A DNA stretch of 64,000 nt from assembly GCA_029263295.1 (NCBI GenBank), contig JAJCXT010000053.1:3889-67888 (forward strand). The letters run 5' to 3'. Positions 46,743 through 55,588 of this stretch are shown piece by piece. The stretch is from Acidobacteriota bacterium. GTDB lineage: Bacteria; Acidobacteriota; UBA890; WLXD01. Each line of letters starts with the position of its first letter. The stretch's first letter is position 1. The notes beneath the pieces are model-generated. The model had not been told where the DNA came from, did no database searches, and was given only the letters and a program-made list of their open reading frames with translations. The position numbers and the translations under genes were made by a program.

Positions 46743-48119
46743 TCAGACCTCGCTCGCCACGCCGAGGTCACGCTCGATACGGGCCATCCTCGACTCCACG
46801 AGATCCCGAATCTCCGCCAGTCGCTCCGCGGTCTGCGCCTCGAAGCGAAGAATGATCTGCGGACCGGTATTCGACGCTCGCGCCAGCCCCCAGCCGTCTT
46901 CGAACTCCACTCGCACGCCGTCGATGGCGATCACGTCATATTCCGCCGCCAACTCGTCGCGCAACCGCTCGCAAATGACGAACTTGTGCTCCTCGGAGGA
47001 AGGGTGGCGAATCTCGGGTGTCGAGAACACCTCCGGCAGGTCCGCCAGCTGACCGGAGAACGGACCGTCCTGACGGGCGTAGATCTCCATCAACTTGGCG
47101 CCCGCGTAGACGGCATCATCGTGGCCGTAGAAGTTCTCACCGAAGAACAGGTGCCCGCTCATCTCACCGGCCAGCAGGGCCTTCTCCTCGCGGATCTTCT
47201 GCTTGATGAACGAATGTCCCGTCTTCCACATCAGCGGCTTGCCACCGTGCGCAGTGATGTCGTCGGCGAGAACCTTGGAGCACTTCACGTCAAAGATCAC
47301 GGTGGCGCCCGGGTTTCGCGACAGGACGTCGCGCGCCAGAAGCACCGTGAGTCGGTCACCCCATACGATCTCGCCCCTCTCGTCGATCAATCCCACGCGG
47401 TCGCCATCACCATCGAAGCCCAGCCCTAGGTCGAACCCACCTTCGAGTACGCGGGCGCGCAGTTCCTCGACGGCTTCGGGAACCGTGGGGTCCGGATGGT
47501 GATTCGGGAAGGTCCCGTCGACATCGCAGTACATCTCCTCGACCTCGCAGCCGAGTTCACGATAGAGCCGCGGGGCGATCATGCCCGCGATGCCATTACC
47601 CGCGTCGATGATCACCTTCACGGGACGATCGAGCTTGATCCGCTCCTTGACCATGACGAGGTAGGGCTCCACCAGGTCGACCTCTTCGACAGTACCCTCC
47701 CCGCTCTCGAAGTCCTCGTCGTCGATCATCTTGCGGATCAACTGAATGTCATCGCCGAACAGGGTGCGTTTGCCGAGAACTGACTTCACGCCGTTGTACT
47801 CGCCGGGGTTGTGGCTGGCCGTGATGACGACCCCACCGTCGGCGTTGAGATGGCGGATGCCGAAGTAGACCATCGGCGTGGGCACCGCGCCGGCGTCCAG
47901 CACGTCGCAGCCTGCCGCGTTGGAGCCCGCCGCGAACGCCGCCGCCATGGCAGGACTCGACAATCGCCCGTCGCGGCCTACGAGGACGTTCTTGCCACCC
48001 TCGCGACGCACGAGCGTCCCGAAAGCACGGCCAATACTCTCGACGATCGACACATCGAGGTCCTTATCGACGATCCCGCGGATGTCATAAGCACGGAAGA
48101 TCCCCGCCGGGACAGACAT
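46743..48119 (-). CDS. phosphomannomutase/phosphoglucomutase
   Basis: IFRAYDIRGIV, active-site loop ITASHNPGEYNGVK and metal loop FDGDGDR. Start at ATG 48119 or 48158. Confidence 0.9.
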   Translation of the reverse strand: MSVPAGIFRAYDIRGIVDKDLDVSIVESIGRAFGTLVRREGGKNVLVGRDGRLSSPAMAAAFAAGSNAAGCDVLDAGAVPTPMVYFGIRHLNADGGVVITASHNPGEYNGVKSVLGKRTLFGDDIQLIRKMIDDEDFESGEGTVEEVDLVEPYLVMVKERIKLDRPVKVIIDAGNGIAGMIAPRLYRELGCEVEEMYCDVDGTFPNHHPDPTVPEAVEELRARVLEGGFDLGLGFDGDGDRVGLIDERGEIVWGDRLTVLLARDVLSRNPGATVIFDVKCSKVLADDITAHGGKPLMWKTGHSFIKQKIREEKALLAGEMSGHLFFGENFYGHDDAVYAGAKLMEIYARQDGPFSGQLADLPEVFSTPEIRHPSSEEHKFVICERLRDELAAEYDVIAIDGVRVEFEDGWGLARASNTGPQIILRFEAQTAERLAEIRDLVESRMARIERDLGVASEV

Positions 48120-48233
48120 GTGGCGCGCTCCTTGGAGAAAAATCTGGATAGCGGCCATTCTTCCACACCTTCGCCGCAGCTACGTGCCCCTGGCGGAGCA
48201 GAGCGAGGCGCGCCGGGCCTCTACGTCAATGCG

Positions 48234-49754
48234 CTATAGCGCCCACTCCGGCAGTGCCCCATCCAGGTCGATTCCGAAGACGATCGGCGCCAGCCACCGG
48301 CACACCAGCGTGAGCAGGATGATCCCGATGAAGTTGAGCCAGACGCCGTGCCGCACCATCGCCCGCATGGAGATCGCGCCGGAGCCGAAGATCACCGCGT
48401 TGGGCGGCGTGGCCACAGGCAGCATGAACGCGAACGACGCGGCCACCGTTACGGGCAGCATGATGATGAGCGGGTTCACGCCGATGGTTGCGACCGCCAG
48501 CACCGCTGCCAGCGGCAACATGATCTCGGCGGTCGCCGTGTTCGAGGTGATTTCGGTTAGGAAGGTCAACAGCGTGGCCGCTAGCAGGATCAGCAGGAAC
48601 GGTGCCAGCCCCGCCATGAAGCCCATCTGCGCTCCGACCCATGCCGCCGCTCCGGAAGTGGAAATCGCGTCAGCCAGGGCATAGCCGCCACCGAACAAGA
48701 GCAGGATCCCCCACGGCATCTTGCGGCGCACCTGCTGCCAGTCGAGCACCGCGCCACGCCCATCGACGCCGCCTGCGGGGAGCACGAAGAGCAGCAGCCC
48801 CATCGCCATGGCCACCACGCCGTCGTTAATCGCCGAGCCGGGCAGCAAGCCCGCCCACCCGGGCACCGTGAAGAACGGCAACTCGATTGGCTGGCGGAAG
48901 ACCCACAACAGTGCCGTGGTGGCGAACACGGCGAACACGCGACGCTCCACTGGCAGCGCGCTGCCCAGTTCGCGAATCTCGGAAGCGATCACAGTGCTGG
49001 CATCGCCACCGTCGTCCTCGACCCTGCGCACCAGCACCAGCCACGCGATGGGCAGGAAAACGACGACCAGCGGCAGGGCGAACATCATCCACTGCCCGAA
49101 GCCAATCGCTGGCGCCATCGGGTAGAGGCGCGCATAGATCCCGAGGAAGGCAATATTGGGTGGAGTGCCAATCGGCGTCCCCACACCACCAATGCTGGCG
49201 CCGTATGCGATTCCGAGCATCAAAGCCGTGGCGAACTTCGGCCTGTCTTTGAATTGCCGTATCACCGCCATGCCGATCGGCAGCATCATCAGGGCCGTCG
49301 CGGTGTTCGAGATCCACATGGAAAGGCCGGCCGCCGCCACCATGAACCCGAGCACGATACGGCGCGGGCGCGTGCCGATCGCCCTCACCGTATAGAGCGC
49401 GATGCGCCGGTGGAGCCCGCTGGTCTCCATGGAAATGGCGATCAGAAAACCGCCGAAATACAGGTACACCCGCCAGTTGGCGTAGTTGGATGACACTCGC
49501 GTAAGGTCGAACGGCGCGCCTGCCAATAGCGGCAGCAGTACCAGCGGTAGCAGGCTGGTCACCGGAATCGGCACCGCCTCGCTGATCCACCACGTGGCCA
49601 TCAGCACGACGATGGCAACCACGGCAGCCACCTGCGCCGGATCGGCCGGGCTCGCAACATCCGGTCGCCACAGAACGACGATCGCCAGCGCGGCGAATAG
49701 CCCGCCCCAGAACGGTCGCGAATGCGTCGTCGACAACACGCGGATTTCGCTCAT
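48234..49754 (-). CDS. DASS/SLC13 family divalent-anion:Na+ symporter
   Basis: 506 aa with about 12-14 TM. WWISEAVPIPVTSLLP.., and the ..SNTATA.. hairpin motif occurs twice (WISNTATALMMLP and TEITSNTATAEIMLP). Confidence 0.8.
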   Translation of the reverse strand: MSEIRVLSTTHSRPFWGGLFAALAIVVLWRPDVASPADPAQVAAVVAIVVLMATWWISEAVPIPVTSLLPLVLLPLLAGAPFDLTRVSSNYANWRVYLYFGGFLIAISMETSGLHRRIALYTVRAIGTRPRRIVLGFMVAAAGLSMWISNTATALMMLPIGMAVIRQFKDRPKFATALMLGIAYGASIGGVGTPIGTPPNIAFLGIYARLYPMAPAIGFGQWMMFALPLVVVFLPIAWLVLVRRVEDDGGDASTVIASEIRELGSALPVERRVFAVFATTALLWVFRQPIELPFFTVPGWAGLLPGSAINDGVVAMAMGLLLFVLPAGGVDGRGAVLDWQQVRRKMPWGILLLFGGGYALADAISTSGAAAWVGAQMGFMAGLAPFLLILLAATLLTFLTEITSNTATAEIMLPLAAVLAVATIGVNPLIIMLPVTVAASFAFMLPVATPPNAVIFGSGAISMRAMVRHGVWLNFIGIILLTLVCRWLAPIVFGIDLDGALPEWAL

Positions 49755-49766
49755 TCTGCTCTCCCC

Positions 49767-50894
49767 CTACGGCCTGAGGGTCTCCCTGGCTACCTGATAA
49801 CGCTCGAGAAGGTCGTCGCGCACGGTGTGCCCGATTCCGGGGCCAGTTGGCACCGCCACGCACCCGTCCGCGTCCAGCTCCACCTCGGGGTCGATGATGT
49901 CGCGTTTCCAGTAGCGACGCGAAGCGGAGAGGTCATTAGACATCGTGAAGTTCGGGAGCGTGGCCACCGCGACGTTGTGCAGTCGACCAACTCCGGCTTC
50001 GAGCATGCCGCCGCACCACACAGGGACGCCGCGCTCCTCGCACAGATCGTGTACCGCGATCCCCGCGGCACGGCCTCCGAGCCGCGAGCACTTGATATTG
50101 ATGATCCGCGCCGCGCCCATGTCGAGCGCTCTGGCGGTGATCGCGGGCGACTTCGCCGACTCATCCAGGCAGATCGGCGTGTCGATGCGCGACTGCAGCG
50201 CCGCGTGGGTCTCCAGTTCGTCATATTCGAATGGCTGTTCGATCATGACCAGCCCCAGGTCATCGAGCTCGACCAGCAGGTCCATGTCCTCGGAGGTGTA
50301 GCCGCAGTTGGCGTCGACCATGAGCGGAATGTCGCCGAACCGATCGCGCACACTGCGCAACACGGCGAGGTCGTGCCCGCGCGCGATCTTCAGCTTGATC
50401 CGCCGGTAGCCGTCGGCAAGAGCCTTCTCGATCTGTTCGGCAAGGACCTCGAACTCGTCCTGGATGCCGAGGGAGATGCCGACCTCGACACGGTCGCGGG
50501 TCGGGCGGCCCCCCGAATACAGTTCGGCCACCGGCACGCCGCGGCGCCTTGCTTCGAGGTCCCAGAAGGCTTCTTCGATCGCCGCTTTCGCCATCGGGTG
50601 CCACGGCCATTTGCCATGGTGCTCGGCAACAGCAAGCGCGCCGCCCTCGTCAGGCCAATCACGCCCGAGTATCTCTTCGGCAAAGAGGTCTGCGATCACA
50701 TGACGCACCGTCCCGACCGTCTCGTAGGTGTACAGCGGCAGCAGGTCCGCTCCCGCCTCTGCCCACCCAAAGGCACCCTCGGAGTGAACCCGCACGAGCA
50801 GCATGTGCCGGTCGCTGATGACGCCGCGCGAAATCCTGAACGGACTGACCAGCGGAATACTGATGTGGATCAGGTCGATGGCTTCGATTCGCAC
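49767..50894 (-). CDS. enolase-superfamily enzyme, o-succinylbenzoate synthase / N-acylamino-acid racemase subgroup
   Basis: 375 aa. KxK motif (RRIKLKIARG), metal ligands (MVDANCGY, MIEQP, CLDES) and a second catalytic Lys (INIKCSRLGG). Confidence 0.8.
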   Translation of the reverse strand: MRIEAIDLIHISIPLVSPFRISRGVISDRHMLLVRVHSEGAFGWAEAGADLLPLYTYETVGTVRHVIADLFAEEILGRDWPDEGGALAVAEHHGKWPWHPMAKAAIEEAFWDLEARRRGVPVAELYSGGRPTRDRVEVGISLGIQDEFEVLAEQIEKALADGYRRIKLKIARGHDLAVLRSVRDRFGDIPLMVDANCGYTSEDMDLLVELDDLGLVMIEQPFEYDELETHAALQSRIDTPICLDESAKSPAITARALDMGAARIINIKCSRLGGRAAGIAVHDLCEERGVPVWCGGMLEAGVGRLHNVAVATLPNFTMSNDLSASRRYWKRDIIDPEVELDADGCVAVPTGPGIGHTVRDDLLERYQVARETLRP

Positions 50895-50920
50895 GTTGTG
50901 TTCCTTTTCGCCTGGAGTTC

Positions 50921-51784
50921 CTAGGCGAGTTGAGGCTCGCCGCTCCTAAGCAGGTAGTAGGTGTGACCATCGTGTCGCAGGCACTCGGCCACGTGGAACC
51001 CCGACGCGAAGGCCCGAGTGAACGCGGCGCGGGTTGCCATCCGCCATCGTCGTGCCAGATCCGGGTCCGCCGCTTTGACCGCCTGGATCTGAGAGGGAAT
51101 CTCGATGGTGAACTCGGGCGATGCGCCCACCTCGCCAACCGGCCCCGGCGGCGTCAAGTTCGCGTGGTCACCGGCGACGGCCAGCAGGCAAGGGAGCGTT
51201 GGCAACAAGGCAGGGTCGTACGACGGCCGGCCGCCGGCGGCGCGGCGCTCTACGCGAGGCGAAACGAGAGCCCACTCCGCCCGCAGTCTGTCCGTAGGAG
51301 TACCACTGTGAAGTCCGCTGCTGGTCTGCCCGTACAGGTCCTCCCAGTACGTACACGCGGTCACGCCAAGCTTGGTGAAGTTGAGATAACCGTTGAGCGA
51401 CTCCAGCGGGTCGTAGGTCCACGCCATGCTCTTGATCCCCTGCGCAAGCACGGCGTCGCGCTGAGCCCACTTCAATGCGGCGCCCAGGCCCGCGGAGCGA
51501 ACCCTGTCATCGACAGCGAGCATATGCGAGTGATGCAGCAGCTCACCGTTCGCTCGCCGTCCCAGGAAGCTGTAGCAGAAGCCCAGCATGGAATCGTCTT
51601 CCGCAAAGGCGCCGAGCATGACACCACCCACCTTGTGCGCGGACACCAGTTGGGTGAGTGGGATGATGTCGAGATCGCCGGCGAAATTCCAGACGTGACG
51701 CTGTAGGTCTTCGCAGGCGTGGTACTCGGAGATCCGCTCGAGCGGCCGGATGGTCCATGCGGGGCGCGATGCCTGCGACTCCAT
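50921..51784 (-). CDS. GNAT-superfamily acyltransferase (COG3375-like)
   Basis: 287 aa from ATG 51784 (TGATG overlap with the nif3 stop). GNAT motif A, VRSAGLGAALKWAQR. The track ORF 50921..52336 is an over-extension across nif3. Confidence 0.6.
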   Translation of the reverse strand: MESQASRPAWTIRPLERISEYHACEDLQRHVWNFAGDLDIIPLTQLVSAHKVGGVMLGAFAEDDSMLGFCYSFLGRRANGELLHHSHMLAVDDRVRSAGLGAALKWAQRDAVLAQGIKSMAWTYDPLESLNGYLNFTKLGVTACTYWEDLYGQTSSGLHSGTPTDRLRAEWALVSPRVERRAAGGRPSYDPALLPTLPCLLAVAGDHANLTPPGPVGEVGASPEFTIEIPSQIQAVKAADPDLARRWRMATRAAFTRAFASGFHVAECLRHDGHTYYLLRSGEPQLA

Positions 51785-52542
51785 CAGATGCCTGTTGGCA
51801 AGTGAATCCACTCCGTTGCCACACCGAACGTCTCCGCAAGTCGTTCCCCCACTGCTCGCACGCCAAAGGTCTCTGTCGCGTAGTGACCAGCAAAGATGCA
51901 GTTGATCCCCGCCTCGCGCGCCAGGTGATACGCGGAGTGTCTGCTCTCGCCGGTGATGAAGCAGTCGGCGCCGGCCTCGATCGCCTCCTCCAGGAAGCTG
52001 CAGCCGCTGCCGGTCAACACCGCGAGCCTCTGGACCGGGTCGGGGCCAAACGCCCACATGGTCTGATCGTCGCACCCGGCCACAGCCAGCCGACCTGCGA
52101 GTTCGGCCAGCGGCATCGCGTCCGGCAAGGCCGCCAGAGTGCCCAAGCGCACGCCGCCGTACTCCCCAAAACCTGACTCCGGCTGCGCCCCCAGCGCCCT
52201 GGCCAGCAGGGCGTTGTTGCCCAGCTCCGCGTGCACATCCAGCGGCAGATGAGACGCGTAAACCGACAGTCCGCCGCGGAAACACGCGCCGATACGGGCG
52301 CCCGGGCCGCCTCGCAGCGGCTGCTGCTCGCCCCACAAAAGCCCGTGGTGAACCAGCAACATCTGGCAGTCGCTCTCCACGGCCATCTCGATCGTCGCCA
52401 GCGCGGCGTCGACAGCGATCCCCACCTTGGCGACGCCCTCACTCGCCTCGACCTGGAGACCGTTCAGCGAAGCGTCCTGCACGCGCTCGGCATCCAGCAG
52501 CTGGTCCAGATAGTCGACGATCTCATTTAGCGGCGCGCTCAA
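51784..52542 (-). CDS. Nif3-like dinuclear metal center protein (YbgI/GTP cyclohydrolase 1 type 2 family)
   Basis: 252 aa. ..DASLNGLQVE.....V.KVGIAVDA........A.....MLLVHHGL.W.., C-terminal ..IFAGHYATE.. Confidence 0.85.
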   Translation of the reverse strand: MSAPLNEIVDYLDQLLDAERVQDASLNGLQVEASEGVAKVGIAVDAALATIEMAVESDCQMLLVHHGLLWGEQQPLRGGPGARIGACFRGGLSVYASHLPLDVHAELGNNALLARALGAQPESGFGEYGGVRLGTLAALPDAMPLAELAGRLAVAGCDDQTMWAFGPDPVQRLAVLTGSGCSFLEEAIEAGADCFITGESRHSAYHLAREAGINCIFAGHYATETFGVRAVGERLAETFGVATEWIHLPTGI

Positions 52543-52620
52543 AGGACCCTCCGAGAGAAGAACCGAAGCCTGTTCCGCGTACCTTAGCAGCCCGCTGGCA
52601 CCGGCAAAGCCCGGCCGCGA

Positions 52621-53901
52621 TCAGGGCGTGGGCGGCTGCATTGGGCCAGCAACGGAAAGAGACAACGCCTCGGGGTGCAGCAGTTCCCGCGCCGCGGCGT
52701 TGGCCGCCGCCAGGTCGACCTCGCCCATGATCTCGGCGTACCGCGCCGGATAGTCCCACCCGAGATCAAACAGCTCGATCTGATGGAGCAGCCCGGCCAT
52801 GCCCTCATTGCTCTCCAGCGTCCGCGGCAGCGAACCAATGGCGGCAGCGCGTGCGTCATTCAACTCCGTCTCCCGTACTCCGGAGGTACGCACCGCCTCG
52901 ACCTGCTCGCGAATTGACGTGATCGCCGCCTCCATGTGCTGAGGCTGGACGCCCGCGCGAACCGTGAACGGGCCGGCGCCGAGTCCCGCGCCGAAGTCGC
53001 TGTAGGTGTAGTACGCCATGCCCTGCTCCTCGCGCACCACGCGTCCCAGACGGCCACCCATCGCGAAACGACCCAGGACCGAGTTCATCAAGGCGGCCGC
53101 ATAGAAGCGCGGATCCGCCCTGCGGATTCCCGAATGCCCCATCAACAGACTGATCTGGGCCTTGTCCGGCATGTCCACCCGACGCTCCACTGGCGCACCG
53201 ACGGGCACGTCGGGAATCTCGTCGTGTGCAGCGCGATAGCCACCACGGTCGCCGCCTTGCCAGGTGCCGAAATGTCGCTGCGCCAGCGCCAGGGTCTCTT
53301 CCCAGTTGACCGCGCCGACGACGATCAACAGCGCTGCCGACGGCGCGTAGTGGGCTTCATGGAAGGCGCGCAGGTGATCGATCTCGATACTCTCGACGGT
53401 CTCGAGCGTGCCACGTACCGCCGCAGCGTAAGGGTGTCCGTTCGGATAGAGGATCTCGCGAAAGCCGCGGGCCGCCATCACGTCAGGATCGTCGAGATCC
53501 TCGCGTAGTGCCGTGAGTCGGTTACCGCGCAGTTTCTCGAGTTCCTCGGACGGGAACGATGGATTGCGAGCGCAGTCAGCCATGAGTTCGATTAGGTCGG
53601 CTGCATCAACCCCACGCATCTTCGCCACCACGCTGGCGCCATGCCGTGAAGCCGAACAACCCAGGTGAGCCCCGCGAAAGTCGAGAATCTCTCCGATGTC
53701 GCCCTTGCTCCGCGACGCGGTACCGCGCCGCGACGCTGCCGCGGTGAGGGTCGCGAGGCCGCCATGCTCAACCGGTTCCAGAATGGCCCCCGCGACAACC
53801 GAAAGACTGGCGATGACCGCCGGTGAAACTGGGTTGTGCTGGTGGATGACCGTGAGGCCATTGTCCAGAACGGCGCGCTGTGGCGCGAAAGACGAACTCA
53901 T
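52621..53901 (-). CDS. M16 (pitrilysin) family protein, non-catalytic beta-like subunit
   Basis: 426 aa with the M16 fold (LDNGLTVIHQHNP...). The HxxEH position reads GGLATLTAAA, so there is no zinc motif. ATGA overlap with the upstream M16 gene. Confidence 0.75.
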   Translation of the reverse strand: MSSSFAPQRAVLDNGLTVIHQHNPVSPAVIASLSVVAGAILEPVEHGGLATLTAAASRRGTASRSKGDIGEILDFRGAHLGCSASRHGASVVAKMRGVDAADLIELMADCARNPSFPSEELEKLRGNRLTALREDLDDPDVMAARGFREILYPNGHPYAAAVRGTLETVESIEIDHLRAFHEAHYAPSAALLIVVGAVNWEETLALAQRHFGTWQGGDRGGYRAAHDEIPDVPVGAPVERRVDMPDKAQISLLMGHSGIRRADPRFYAAALMNSVLGRFAMGGRLGRVVREEQGMAYYTYSDFGAGLGAGPFTVRAGVQPQHMEAAITSIREQVEAVRTSGVRETELNDARAAAIGSLPRTLESNEGMAGLLHQIELFDLGWDYPARYAEIMGEVDLAAANAAARELLHPEALSLSVAGPMQPPTP

Positions 53902-55199
53902 GCCTCACCTCGCGGGACGACCCAGCCAACTGTTCGCTGCTCGGCACGCAGCACCGTGGCCGCCACGCGGTGAACCTCATCGGCGCCCGTCGCCGCGACT
54001 CTCGCCGGCAGGGTGTCGAGATCGTCCAGCGACGCGATCGTCGCGTAGTACCCCAACTGGTGGGCGATCTGGGTGATCTGCTCCGATTCGAATGCCAGTG
54101 ATGCCAGCACCTGGTTCTTTGCCTTCGTGAGGGCGTGATCATCGACACCGTCCGACACGAGCCTCTCGAATGCCGCGAACAGTGCGTCCTCTACGCGCCG
54201 GTGCTCCACCCCGTCGCGCAACGTCGCCGAGAAGCTGTACAGATAGGGCTCCTCGGTCGGCAGCAAGGCCGAGCCGATCGAGACCACCAACTCGGGCTCG
54301 ATGAGTGCCGCGTACAACGGCGAGGTGGTTCTCGCGTTGCGCCCGAAACCACCGCTCCACAGGTTCGCACCCTTGCCGCCAGAAAGGACCGCGTCTGCCA
54401 ACAGCAGCGGCACAAAGTCCGGGTCGGCGAAGGCCGGCGCGCGAAACGCGACTTCGAAATACCCGGTGGCACCCGGCCGCTCCAACACCACGCGACGCTC
54501 GCCATGCTGGATCGGCTCGACGACGGTGGGAGGCGCGCCGGCGTCGCCAGCTGGAATGTCCCCGAAACGTGCCGCGACCGCGTCGACGGCCGCTCCAGTT
54601 TCGACATCGCCGGCGACCACCACGATGGCATTCGACGGCACGTAGTAGCGGCGATAGTGATCGAGCAGGGCCTGCCGGCCCATGGTTTCCACATCACTCT
54701 GCCAGCCGATCGTCGGCCAGCCATAGCCGTGCATTCGAAACGCGGCCGCGGTGAGATCGATGTCGAGTTCATGCTGCGGATCGTTTCGGTTGCCATGCAT
54801 CTCGGCGAGAACCACCGTGCGCTCCGACTCGAATTCGTCGGGCTCATACAGGCACGAATCCATCCGCTCGGCCTCGATGCGCAGCGCCAGGTCGAGGGAA
54901 TCGGAGGCCAACGTCTCGAAGTAGGTCGTCTGGTCGAGCCAGGTATAGCCATTCCAGGTGCCGCCGGCGCGCTCGATCCACACCTTCAGGTCCTCGCGCG
55001 AAATCCCTTCGGTCCCCTTGAAATTCATGTGCTCGACGAAGTGCGAGATCCCGGTCGTTCCTGGCCCCTCGTTCTTCGAACCGACGTGGTACCAGCACCA
55101 CACCGATACCAGCGGCGCCGTGTGAATGGGCCGAACCAGAACACGCAGGCCGTTGTCCAGCCGCGTTTCGTGCAGGTCCTCGAGAATCGACTCACTCAT
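53898..55199 (-). CDS. M16 (pitrilysin) family zinc peptidase, catalytic subunit
   Basis: 433 aa from ATG 55199. RLDNGLRVLVRPIHTAPLVSVWCWYHVGSKNEGPGTTGISHFVEHMNFKGT contains the inverted zinc motif HFVEH. The track ORF to 55850 is an over-extension. Confidence 0.85.
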   Translation of the reverse strand: MSESILEDLHETRLDNGLRVLVRPIHTAPLVSVWCWYHVGSKNEGPGTTGISHFVEHMNFKGTEGISREDLKVWIERAGGTWNGYTWLDQTTYFETLASDSLDLALRIEAERMDSCLYEPDEFESERTVVLAEMHGNRNDPQHELDIDLTAAAFRMHGYGWPTIGWQSDVETMGRQALLDHYRRYYVPSNAIVVVAGDVETGAAVDAVAARFGDIPAGDAGAPPTVVEPIQHGERRVVLERPGATGYFEVAFRAPAFADPDFVPLLLADAVLSGGKGANLWSGGFGRNARTTSPLYAALIEPELVVSIGSALLPTEEPYLYSFSATLRDGVEHRRVEDALFAAFERLVSDGVDDHALTKAKNQVLASLAFESEQITQIAHQLGYYATIASLDDLDTLPARVAATGADEVHRVAATVLRAEQRTVGWVVPRGEA

Positions 55200-55585
55200 T
55201 CGCTGGCCTCCTGGCCGAACACTTCGGGGGCGTATTGCCGCATGAACGCGAGCGTCGTGTCGTCCGCGGGAGCGAAAGCGTCCTGTCCGACATGCACGCG
55301 CCAGATGAACGTCTGCGGATTCTCTCGGCTCGTGCATGAGACGTCGAGCGTGCCATAGAACCGCGAGATCATCTCGGCGACGCACTCCACCGGCCCTACC
55401 CGCGCCTCGAGAAAGTCCCCGAACGTGGGCTGCCCCTCGACCTCGTACGTGGTCACGACCTGAATCGAACGGCGGAGGTCGCCCGCGCGGTACATCTGAT
55501 TGACCGTGTAGAGCGCAACGAAGCCCATGATCGCGGCCGGAATTACCAGGAACCAGTTGTCCCAGCCGATATGCCATTTCGCCAT
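55196..55585 (-). CDS. hypothetical membrane-anchored protein
   Basis: 129 aa. One N-terminal TM (WFLVIPAAIMGFVALYTV) and a soluble domain of about 95 aa containing 2 Cys. It starts 3 nt after the nhaC stop and has an ATGA overlap with the M16 start. I recognise no family. Confidence 0.45.
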   Translation of the reverse strand: MAKWHIGWDNWFLVIPAAIMGFVALYTVNQMYRAGDLRRSIQVVTTYEVEGQPTFGDFLEARVGPVECVAEMISRFYGTLDVSCTSRENPQTFIWRVHVGQDAFAPADDTTLAFMRQYAPEVFGQEASE

Positions 55586-55588
55586 GGG

